Source: an uncultured Bacilli bacterium (GTDB lineage Bacteria > Bacillota_I > Bacilli_A > RF39 > UBA660). From it: a stretch of DNA of 64,000 nucleotides. The number at the start of each line of letters is the position of its first letter. Position 1 is the first letter of the stretch. This document shows, one piece after another, positions 40,070 to 48,715 of the stretch. Both the position numbers and the translations under genes were made by a program. The stretch spans positions 53,442 through 117,441 of the forward strand of contig CAKONZ010000002.1 of the NCBI GenBank assembly GCA_934098525.1, in the 5' to 3' direction. A model generated the notes under the pieces. The model was given only the letters and a program-made list of their open reading frames with translations. It was not told where the DNA came from and ran no database searches.

Positions 40070-40755
40070 TCCTCTCCCCTTTTTAATATATACCCTTGAC
40101 CTCTCTTAGTCTCAAGTAACTCTTTCAATCCTAATTCCTCTAATTTATTTCTTACCCTTGTAATATTAACAGTAAGTGTACTATCACCAATAAAATCATC
40201 ATTATCCCATAAACAAATCATAATATCTTCACGTGACACAATCTTATCTCTATTTTGAACCAAATATTTTAAAATCCTAAACTCATTCTTAGTAAGTTCA
40301 ATAGACTTATCTCCTCTTTCTATTGTACTTTTATTAATATTTAATATAAAATCCCCTGCATCATAAACATCAGAATTATCATTAACAATACTACTTCTTC
40401 TCAAAAGAGAATTTATTTTAGCAAGTAAAATATGAATATTAAAAGGCTTAGTAATATAATGATCAGCACCATTATTTATACTCAACAACTCATCAATTTC
40501 ATTATCCTTACTAGTTATAATTATAATTGGCATATTAGATTTCTTTCTTACCTCTTTACAAACAAACTCTCCATCAACACCAGGTAAATTAATATCTAAA
40601 AGTAATAACTCTGGATTTATTCTTAAAATATCTTCTATTGTATTATCAAATGATTCTAATCCCTCAGAATAATAACCATTATTATTCAAAAATATCTCTA
40701 ATTCATTTCTTAATTTTTCATCATCTTCCACTATTAAAATCTTCTTCATAAACAT
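40066..40755 (-). CDS. OmpR-family response regulator (BceR-like)
   Basis: Receiver domain with phospho-acceptor Asp (LLLLDINLPG) and a C-terminal winged-helix. 4-nt overlap with the kinase gene. Confidence 0.9.
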   Translation of the reverse strand: MFMKKILIVEDDEKLRNELEIFLNNNGYYSEGLESFDNTIEDILRINPELLLLDINLPGVDGEFVCKEVRKKSNMPIIIITSKDNEIDELLSINNGADHYITKPFNIHILLAKINSLLRRSSIVNDNSDVYDAGDFILNINKSTIERGDKSIELTKNEFRILKYLVQNRDKIVSREDIMICLWDNDDFIGDSTLTVNITRVRNKLEELGLKELLETKRGQGYILKRGED

Positions 40756-40782
40756 CCCTCTAAATGCATTATAACATATTAA

Positions 40783-41337
40783 CTAACACAAACTAAGAAC
40801 CTTTTTCATAGTATTAGCAGTCCTTATAGTTATACTATTTCTTATATCACAACTAGCAGTCTTAACCCACCAATTTGATTTTCTATAATTATTCAAATCA
40901 AAAGACCAATAAATAACATTTCTTTGCTTTTCTACTCTTTCCACCTCATTAGGTTCTCCAATTGTATCATAAACATCTTGAACAGTCACAGGAGGTATAA
41001 CAAAAATCAAATTATCATAAATACTCTTATCATCATTACCCCACCAATCAGGGCAATTATTTAAAATATTTTCAAGTTCAAATGATGTCATAACATAAAC
41101 AGGTATAAAAATTTCAAACCTCTCTTTAATCATTGAAACAATATCTTTTATTATAATATTCTTATCAACACCATCATAATCAAAAATAACATTACCACTA
41201 TTAAGATAAGTACAAACATTTCTATAACCAAAATCTACAAAACAACTCTTTAAATCCTTCATCAAAATCTTATTTTTACCACTTATATTTATCCCTCTAA
41301 GTAAAGCTATATATCTCATAAAAAATAACCCTTTCAA
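40783..41337 (-). CDS. DUF1697 family protein
   Basis: N-terminal ALLRGINISGKNK matches the DUF1697 signature (LLRGINVGG). Confidence 0.6.
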   Translation of the reverse strand: MKGLFFMRYIALLRGINISGKNKILMKDLKSCFVDFGYRNVCTYLNSGNVIFDYDGVDKNIIIKDIVSMIKERFEIFIPVYVMTSFELENILNNCPDWWGNDDKSIYDNLIFVIPPVTVQDVYDTIGEPNEVERVEKQRNVIYWSFDLNNYRKSNWWVKTASCDIRNSITIRTANTMKKVLSLC

Positions 41338-41498
41338 AACTTTAGTAAAATTAAAACATATTACTAAAAATAGTATAACAATAATCTCCTATAACTGTCT
41401 AAGTATTTTTTAAATTTAACTAAAATTAAAAAAATAATTAAAAAATAATAGAATAACATGGTATAATTAAGACAACAATATAAAAAGGAGAAAAAATT

Positions 41499-42158
41499 AT
41501 GAGCTTATTTGATAGATTTAAAAAAATTAATGAAAATGAAAACAATGAAATTAACGCTTCAGGTTGGGATGCAATAACCGAACTATGTGATAAAGTTTAT
41601 CCCAATCAAAAAAATCCAAAACATTATGGAACCATAGTCAGTTGGCAACTTGGAGGAAACGACCCTCTTCAAGGAATAAGTGTCTATGATGGTGGAGATT
41701 ATTGGCATTTTATAACTTATGGATTATCAGAATTATATGAAAAAAAATCCAATATAAAAGATATAAGTGGTTATGGTATGGAATTTACTCTTAAATTAAA
41801 AAAAGATAATTATGAAAATGAAGAAAATGAAATAAAATGTATATGTGGAATATTACAATCCATTGCCAGAATAACTTTTACACAAAAAGAACTTTTTAAT
41901 GTATATGAATATTTATATACAGGTCAAACTGAAGGAATTGATTGTAATAAAAAATCTAATATAACTGGATTTATTACTATACCAGATAATAAATTTCACG
42001 AAATAAATACTCCAAATGGTAAAGTACGTTTCGTTGAATTTATTGGAGTTACCGACAGTGAACTAAAAGCAATTCAAAATAAACAAATAAATGTTAAAGA
42101 ATTATATGAAAAAATTGGTAGTGATGTAACAAACTACAATAGAAATTCAGTTATATAA
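41499..42158 (+). CDS. SUFU-like (suppressor of fused) domain protein
   Basis: Approximately 220-aa cytoplasmic protein. The GWDAIT...YGTIVSW...DYWHFITYGLSELYEKK pattern resembles bacterial SUFU-domain (immunity-protein-type) proteins. Confidence 0.5.
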   Translation: MSLFDRFKKINENENNEINASGWDAITELCDKVYPNQKNPKHYGTIVSWQLGGNDPLQGISVYDGGDYWHFITYGLSELYEKKSNIKDISGYGMEFTLKLKKDNYENEENEIKCICGILQSIARITFTQKELFNVYEYLYTGQTEGIDCNKKSNITGFITIPDNKFHEINTPNGKVRFVEFIGVTDSELKAIQNKQINVKELYEKIGSDVTNYNRNSVI

Positions 42159-42181
42159 AATAAAAATAACTTATCAATAAA

Positions 42182-42219
42182 AAGATGATTAATTTAAAAA
42201 AATTTAATCATCTTTTTCT
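42182..42219 (+). terminator. rho-independent terminator after the SUFU-like gene
   Basis: 14-bp stem AAGATGATTAAATT / AATTTAATCATCTT followed by TTTT. Confidence 0.65.
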
Positions 42220-42269
42220 AATGATTTTATAATTACTTTAACCCTACCAAATCACATCTTCGTTTACAA

Positions 42270-42299
42270 TAACAAAAAAATCAATCTTTCGATTGATTT
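42270..42299 (-). terminator. rho-independent terminator downstream of tRNA-Gly
   Basis: AATCAATC-tttc-GATTGATT followed by T-run on the minus strand. Confidence 0.6.
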
Positions 42300-42343
42300 C
42301 TATATATTAAGTTCAAACCAAGTAGTTCGAACAAATTCGTCAA

Positions 42344-42418
42344 TGGAGCAAATGACGGGAATCGAACCCGCATCCTAGCCTTGGCAAGGCCATGTTCTAA
42401 CCATTGAACCACATCTGC
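42344..42418 (-). tRNA. tRNA-Gly (GCC)
   Basis: 75-nt cloverleaf GCAGATGTGGTTCAATGGTTAGAACA...CTTGCCAAG...GGGTTCGATTCCCGTCATTTGCTCCA with anticodon GCC and encoded CCA. Confidence 0.9.
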
Positions 42419-42526
42419 AATCAATAATACATTGATAGAATAACATTTTTATATAAAAAAATCAATATTAAATTAGAATTTTTTGTATACTTTTAACAAA
42501 TAAAGAAACAATACTATTAGAAAGGA

Positions 42527-42751
42527 ATGAAATATATGAATAACCCACCAATAATAATATCAACTAAAGACTTATCTTACATATGTGATATATTTAATTG
42601 GAACTTCAATGCTTGTAAATTAATAAATAGTTTCATTGAAAATATAACAAATCAAGAAATAAAAGACTATTTAAATGAATTATACTACACTCATAAAAAT
42701 ATATGTGAAGAACTTATAAAAATGATATATTTGGAGGATAATTATGAATAA
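42527..42751 (+). CDS. hypothetical small protein, partner of the Coat-F-like gene
   Basis: 74-aa ORF overlapping the next gene by 8 nt. No recognisable motif. Confidence 0.4.
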   Translation: MKYMNNPPIIISTKDLSYICDIFNWNFNACKLINSFIENITNQEIKDYLNELYYTHKNICEELIKMIYLEDNYE

Positions 42752-43058
42752 TAAAATAGCTAACAATGAACAAACAGTACCAAAAACAATTGAATTAAAT
42801 GATAGAGACTATTTAAACATAGTCCTAGAAACAGAGAAAAACATGTCTAATAACTTATCAATTGCAATTGATGAAGCAAGCAATGAAGTATTATATAATA
42901 AATACTACTCTATATTTAATCAAATAAAAACATCTGCAAGAAACGCTTATAATATAATGTTTAAAAATGGTTGGTATGAGTTAACAAAAGCAAAAGAAGA
43001 AGACTTAACAGAAGAACATACAAAATTAAATGAAAAAATAAATGAATTAACAAAATAG
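42744..43058 (+). CDS. spore coat protein F-like (Coat_F domain) protein
   Basis: LNDRDYLNIVLETEKNMSNNLSIAIDEASNE...MFKNGWYEL resembles the Coat F domain (LNDRDYLNDLL...EKY...A..EA...LFN.MFKKGWY). Confidence 0.55.
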   Translation: MNNKIANNEQTVPKTIELNDRDYLNIVLETEKNMSNNLSIAIDEASNEVLYNKYYSIFNQIKTSARNAYNIMFKNGWYELTKAKEEDLTEEHTKLNEKINELTK

Positions 43059-43090
43059 GATCCACAAATAGATCCTATTTTATTTTCTTT
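43057..43090. terminator. bidirectional terminator between the Coat-F-like gene and rsmI
   Basis: AGGATC-cacaaata-GATCCT followed by ATTTTATTTTCTTT. Confidence 0.55.
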
Positions 43091-43923
43091 AAATTTAAAG
43101 AAGCATTATAAATATCTTTTTTAGAATAATCACTATTTTTACTCAAATAATCAATACCATCTTTTATAGAAAAATTATTTTTAACAACCACATCAATAAG
43201 TAAAGCTTCGATTGAAATATCATTATTAATAACACTTTCTCTAACTATATCATTTTCAATAATAAATACATACTCTCCTAACTCAATATTAGGATTACTT
43301 TCCATTATCTTTAATACATTAGATAATCTTCCATAATAATTCTTTTCATGAATCTTCGTTAAATCAGAAGAAACACTTATCAAAACATCTCCCAAATTTT
43401 CATAAATATATTTTAAAGTTTTTATAATTCTTTTTGGAGATTCATAAAATATATAAGTTCTAATTTTACTCTCTAATATCTCATTTATAACACTTTTTTT
43501 ATCCTTATTTTCTCTAGGAAAAAAACCATAAAAAGTAAAAGTATCAGAATTAATACCACTAACAGATAAAGCTGTAACTAAAGCAGAAATACCTCCTACT
43601 CCAATCACCTCAATTCCTTCCTCTTTAGCCTTTTTTATCAAAACATAACCAGGATCAGAAACACAAGGAGTACCAGCATCAGTTATAATAGCTATATCTA
43701 ACCCACTCTTTAATTTCTCTATAACAGAAGAAGATCTTTCAACCTCATTAAACTTATGATATGAAATCAACTTATTCTTAATATTGTAATAATTAAGCAA
43801 TTTTAAAGAATGCCTAGTATCTTCACATAAAATAATATCAACATTTTCAAGTGTCTCTATAGCTCTTTTAGAAATATCAGCTAAATTACCAATTGGAGTA
43901 GCAACAACAAATAAACTTCCCAT
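43075..43923 (-). CDS. rsmI: 16S rRNA (cytidine1402-2'-O)-methyltransferase
   Basis: N-terminal LFVVATPIGNLADIS...ILCEDTRHS tetrapyrrole-methylase-fold RsmI signature. Confidence 0.85.
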   Translation of the reverse strand: MGSLFVVATPIGNLADISKRAIETLENVDIILCEDTRHSLKLLNYYNIKNKLISYHKFNEVERSSSVIEKLKSGLDIAIITDAGTPCVSDPGYVLIKKAKEEGIEVIGVGGISALVTALSVSGINSDTFTFYGFFPRENKDKKSVINEILESKIRTYIFYESPKRIIKTLKYIYENLGDVLISVSSDLTKIHEKNYYGRLSNVLKIMESNPNIELGEYVFIIENDIVRESVINNDISIEALLIDVVVKNNFSIKDGIDYLSKNSDYSKKDIYNASLNLKKIK

Positions 43924-46466
43924 TACTTCTCACCTCTTTCAACCTCTTTTTTTAACTCATCCAAAACATTTAAAGCATCAATTGGAGTAATCTCTAAAGG
44001 ATTAATCTCTTTTAATCTTTCCTCTATCTTAGAAGTTCTCTTCTCAGAAAAATCAAAAGATAAACTAGTTTGTTCATAAATTTCCTTCTTCTCCTTCTTA
44101 TTCTCATACACATTCAAAACTTCATTTGCTCTTTCAATTATAGATTTAGGTAAATTAACCAAAGAAGCAACATGTATTCCATAACTCTTATCAACTGGAC
44201 CCTTTTTAATTTTATGTAAAAAAGTAATAGAACCCTTATCTTCAACTGCAGAAACATGAACATTCTTCAAATTTCTCAAATTATTTTCCAAAGAAGTAAG
44301 TTCGTGATAATGAGTAGAAAACAATGTCTTACATTTAATTTCATCATGAATGTATTCAAGAATTGCCTGTGCTAAACTCATACCATCATAAGTAGCAGTA
44401 CCCCTACCCAATTCATCAAATAAAATCAAACTATTTATAGTAGCATTACTAACAGCATTATTAGCCTCTTTCATTTCAACCATAAATGTAGATTCACCAC
44501 TAACCAAATCATCACTAGCACCTATTCTAGTAAAAATCTTATCAAATAAAGGCAACTTAGCCTCCTTACAAGGAACAAAAGAACCCATCTGAGCCATAAT
44601 AACAATAATAGCAAACATTCTCATATAAGTTGACTTACCACTCATATTAGGACCTGTAATAAGTAAAATATTTGTATTCTCATCCATAACAACATCATTA
44701 GAAACATATTCCTTCTTAGAAACCTTCTCTACTACTGGATGTCTTCCATCTTTAATATAAATACTTCTCTCATCAACCAATACAGGTCTAACATAGTTAT
44801 TAGACTCAGCAACTACAGCAAGAGATGATAAAACATCTATCTCACTAATAATAGCAGCAACCCTTTGAATCTTTGGTATATATTTTCTGACAATATCTCT
44901 AACCTCTACAAATAAATTATACTCAAGAGCCATACTTTTCTCCTCAGCATTTAAAATCAAATCCTCTTTTTCTTTTAATGCTGGAGTAACATATCTTTCA
45001 CCATTAGTTAATGTTTGTTTCCTAATATATCCATACTCATCCTTTATTTGACTAATACTTCCTCTAGAAACTTCAATATAATAACCAAAAACTTTATTAA
45101 AACCAACTCTTAAACTCTTAATCCCTGTTCTTTCTCTTTCCTTTTGTTCAAGATCTAAAATAAAATCCTTTCCACCACTAGATAAACCTCTTAACTCATC
45201 TAATTCACTACTATAACCATTCTTAATAATATTTCCTTCTTTTATAGTAACTGGAGCATCTTCATTTATAGACTTATCAAGTAAGTTATATAAATCATCT
45301 AAAGTATCAATATCATTTTCATACTTAATCTCTTTTAATATTCTACTTATATCAGGTAAAAACTTAATAGAATTCTTAAGTTGTATTAAATCCCTAGCAT
45401 TTAAATTACCATAACTAATTCTTCCACACAATCTCTCTAAATCATATACATTATTCAAATCTTCTCTAAGTTCTTCTTTCAAAATAAACTCTGTAAGTAA
45501 TGTAGAAATATAATCATATCTTTTTTCTATTTTTATTTTATCTACCAAAGGATTTTCAATCCAATTTTTTAATAACCTAGAACCCATAGCAGTCTTAGTC
45601 TTATCTAACAACCACAATAAAGAATAAGTTCTCTCTTTTAATCTTAAAGTTTCAACTAATTCAAGATTTCTTTTAGAATGAACATCTAACTCTAAATATT
45701 TATTCTTATCTAATATAATTGCTTTCTGTAAATGAGACAAATTTCCTTTCTTTGTATCATTTAAATAAAATAACAAATGCTTTATAGAATTAACAATCCT
45801 AATATCTTTTATATCACTATAAACATAATCATAATCATTATCTAATAAATCATCACTAAACGTTACTAAAATTGAATAATTATTTCTAAAAATATCTACA
45901 ACTTTCCTATCTATAGTATTATTAACAATAAGTTCTTTAATATTCAAACGAATAACTTCACTAACTAACTTATCATAATTATAATCTATTAACTCAGAAT
46001 AAATAGCTCCAGTTGAAATATCAGCATAACTTATAGCATAACAATGTTTATAATCAAAAATACTACCTATATAATTATTATCCTTTTCATCAAGTGATCC
46101 CTGTTCCATTAAAGTACCTTTAGTTACAACTTGAATTACTCCTCTTTCAACAACACCCTTTCTATCAGGAGGTGTTAATTGTTCACAAATTGCAACTTTA
46201 TATCCCTTAGAAACTAACTTTTCTAAATAAGGTAAATAAGCATGATAAGGAATACCACACATTGGTACCCTCTCTTCAAGACCACAACTTTTTCCTGTTA
46301 AAGTAAGTTCTAATTCCTGAGACGCTACTTCTCCATCTTCAAAAAACATCTCATAAAAATCACCTATTCTATAAAACAATATAGCATCACTATATTTATC
46401 TTTTATATCCATATATTGTAACATCATAGGAGACAATTTACTTTTATCTACTTCATTACGTTTCAT
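43923..46466 (-). CDS. mutS: DNA mismatch repair protein MutS (MutS1 type)
   Basis: N-terminal mismatch-binding LSPMMLQY...FYRIGDFYEMF, and Walker A GPNMSGKSTYMR. 847 aa. No mutL adjacent. Confidence 0.95.
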   Translation of the reverse strand: MKRNEVDKSKLSPMMLQYMDIKDKYSDAILFYRIGDFYEMFFEDGEVASQELELTLTGKSCGLEERVPMCGIPYHAYLPYLEKLVSKGYKVAICEQLTPPDRKGVVERGVIQVVTKGTLMEQGSLDEKDNNYIGSIFDYKHCYAISYADISTGAIYSELIDYNYDKLVSEVIRLNIKELIVNNTIDRKVVDIFRNNYSILVTFSDDLLDNDYDYVYSDIKDIRIVNSIKHLLFYLNDTKKGNLSHLQKAIILDKNKYLELDVHSKRNLELVETLRLKERTYSLLWLLDKTKTAMGSRLLKNWIENPLVDKIKIEKRYDYISTLLTEFILKEELREDLNNVYDLERLCGRISYGNLNARDLIQLKNSIKFLPDISRILKEIKYENDIDTLDDLYNLLDKSINEDAPVTIKEGNIIKNGYSSELDELRGLSSGGKDFILDLEQKERERTGIKSLRVGFNKVFGYYIEVSRGSISQIKDEYGYIRKQTLTNGERYVTPALKEKEDLILNAEEKSMALEYNLFVEVRDIVRKYIPKIQRVAAIISEIDVLSSLAVVAESNNYVRPVLVDERSIYIKDGRHPVVEKVSKKEYVSNDVVMDENTNILLITGPNMSGKSTYMRMFAIIVIMAQMGSFVPCKEAKLPLFDKIFTRIGASDDLVSGESTFMVEMKEANNAVSNATINSLILFDELGRGTATYDGMSLAQAILEYIHDEIKCKTLFSTHYHELTSLENNLRNLKNVHVSAVEDKGSITFLHKIKKGPVDKSYGIHVASLVNLPKSIIERANEVLNVYENKKEKKEIYEQTSLSFDFSEKRTSKIEERLKEINPLEITPIDALNVLDELKKEVERGEK

Positions 46467-46567
46467 TTATACTTCACCTAACAATTATTATACAAAAAAA
46501 TAACCACATTTACAAAAAAAATCAATAAAAAAACCTCTAAAATCAAAAATTTTAAAGGTTATATAAA

Positions 46568-48697
46568 CTATTCATCAAAGAAATCATCAAAAAATTGATC
46601 ATCAGTAATATTATTATATTTTTCACTAACAGAAGACAAAGGTTTCAAAGTAGAATTATCTTTCATATCAGTATCTTCAACATAAATATCTTTAACTGTA
46701 TTAACATCTTCAACTTTTTGTTTTTTATTTTTCAAAGCTTCTTGTTCAGCCTTTTCTTCAGCTTCTAATTCTGCTATCTTAGCATCTATTCTTTTAACCA
46801 AATCATCTACAGATATAGAAGAATCCTTATTATTAGAATCAGAACTAGGATTAGCAGAAGATGGTTCAAATAAATTTTGTCCAAAAGGATTAGCAGCAAA
46901 AGGATTGGCTGCAAACGGATTAGCAAAAGGATTTATACTTTGTCCATTTGGAGAATTTACCATATTATTAAAATTCTCTTTTTTCTTGCTCTGAACAAAA
47001 TCTTTTAAACTAAATACTGAAATCTTTTCCTTTTCTCTTTGAACAAATGGATCAGCTTCACCATACTTAACTCCCCAATCTATTTCAAAATTAGGTTTTA
47101 ATCTAGTTTTAAAAGGATCCAATCTAACTCTTTTTACTATAGCTTCAAACTGTTTCATTCTTTGAAGATCTGCTACTGTTGCTAAAGGTCTTGTCTCTTC
47201 ATGTTCTTTATCACCCTTACCAACTTTTACTCTTCTCTCACCACATAACTCAGATATCTCTTTAAGTGCAGCAAGTTCAGTAGTAAGTAAATATAACATA
47301 TTATTACAGTTACTTCTAATAGTTTGAGCATTTTCTTTTCCATAAACAGCATCAAGTCCAGCAAAGTTCTGAATTATCATAGTAAATCTGATTTTTCTAG
47401 AACGAGCTGCTGTAATCATTGTAGTAACGTCCTTCAAAGGAGGCATATTCTGGAACTCATCAAGAATAAAATTAGTTCTTACAGGAAGTTCACCATTATT
47501 ACTATTTTGTGCCACATCAATTAATGATTCATAACATTGCTTAATAAATATTGTAGCAAGAGCATGATAAGTTTTCTTTTCATCTTGAATAATCATAAAT
47601 ACTGCAGTTTTTTCTTTTCCTATTGACTCCATCTCAAAATCACTTCTAGAAAGCATTTCTGAAAGATTTTCACGAGATGCAAACAATCTGATTTTTTGTT
47701 TTAATGTAGAAATAATAGAGCCCTTAGTCTCCTCAGGAGCATAAACAGTACCTGAAGCACAAGTATATGCAGCACCAGCTGGATCCTTAGCATTAAAATA
47801 TTCTTTTATATAATTACTTCTAGGTCCATATTTTTCTTCACCCTCAGTAGTCATCAAAGAAACACTATTAATATTAACCTGCTCCGGTTTAGCATCCTCA
47901 AACAAACCTAAAGTAAGACCTGAAAAATAATCTGCTGCTGTCTTTTCCCAGAATGGGTCTTTACTTCCACCCTCTTCATACAAAATATTAGCAGCTAAAT
48001 CGTCTAACAACTCCATAGCCTTATCACTATTACCATTTCTATATAAACTATATGGTAAAGCAAGAGGATTCCAACAATTTCCTCTTTGTGGCTCTCTGAA
48101 GTTCAAAATAACAATTTTATATCCTCTTTCTTTCAATAAACCAGCACTCTCACGATATATTTCACCCTTAGGGTCAGTAATAATCATTGACTCACCCTTC
48201 TTAGCCAAAATTTTAACCAATGGATGAATAATACATTGAGTTTTACCAGTACCAGTTGAACCTATTACTAAGTTATGACTTTCACCATTATCAACCCACA
48301 TCTTTTCTCCATCATTTATAATTGGAAAACCTGCTTTTTCATAATATGGGTCTTTTACTCTAACTTCACTTAAAGTAGACTTCATTTCTTTTGGTTTACA
48401 CCAATCAGAATAGCCCTTCTTTTCTTTCTTTCCTATAGAAAAACCAAAACCTTCTTCTCTTTCAAAAAAATATGACTTACAAGAAACAAATATAAATACC
48501 ATTAATAACAAATAAAGTATTAATAACGCATCTAAATGATTTACAAAAGCAGGAAATGGATTTAATCCAGCAAAACCTTCACCAGCTGCTGCAGATGCTA
48601 AATTATTAACAAATATAGCTACAACAAATAATCCAACAACAGCAAATATTAAAAATATCAACCAATCTTGTAAAGTAGCTTTAAATTTAAATTTCAT
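46568..48697 (-). CDS. type IV secretion coupling protein (VirD4/TraG/TcpA-like ATPase)
   Basis: Two N-terminal TM helices. Walker A VIGSTGTGKT and Walker B FILDEFQN. The C-terminal tail carries NPFANPFAANPFAANPFG repeats and an acidic end. Confidence 0.8.
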   Translation of the reverse strand: MKFKFKATLQDWLIFLIFAVVGLFVVAIFVNNLASAAAGEGFAGLNPFPAFVNHLDALLILYLLLMVFIFVSCKSYFFEREEGFGFSIGKKEKKGYSDWCKPKEMKSTLSEVRVKDPYYEKAGFPIINDGEKMWVDNGESHNLVIGSTGTGKTQCIIHPLVKILAKKGESMIITDPKGEIYRESAGLLKERGYKIVILNFREPQRGNCWNPLALPYSLYRNGNSDKAMELLDDLAANILYEEGGSKDPFWEKTAADYFSGLTLGLFEDAKPEQVNINSVSLMTTEGEEKYGPRSNYIKEYFNAKDPAGAAYTCASGTVYAPEETKGSIISTLKQKIRLFASRENLSEMLSRSDFEMESIGKEKTAVFMIIQDEKKTYHALATIFIKQCYESLIDVAQNSNNGELPVRTNFILDEFQNMPPLKDVTTMITAARSRKIRFTMIIQNFAGLDAVYGKENAQTIRSNCNNMLYLLTTELAALKEISELCGERRVKVGKGDKEHEETRPLATVADLQRMKQFEAIVKRVRLDPFKTRLKPNFEIDWGVKYGEADPFVQREKEKISVFSLKDFVQSKKKENFNNMVNSPNGQSINPFANPFAANPFAANPFGQNLFEPSSANPSSDSNNKDSSISVDDLVKRIDAKIAELEAEEKAEQEALKNKKQKVEDVNTVKDIYVEDTDMKDNSTLKPLSSVSEKYNNITDDQFFDDFFDE
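46880..46935 (-). repeat. short tandem DNA repeat encoding the NPFA peptide repeats in the coupling protein tail
   Basis: Plus-strand AAAGGATTAGCAGCAAAAGGATTGGCTGCAAACGGATTAGCAAAAGGATT, with a 12-15-nt unit repeated about four times. Confidence 0.6.
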
Positions 48698-48715
48698 AAC
48701 AATCCCTCCTGTTTA

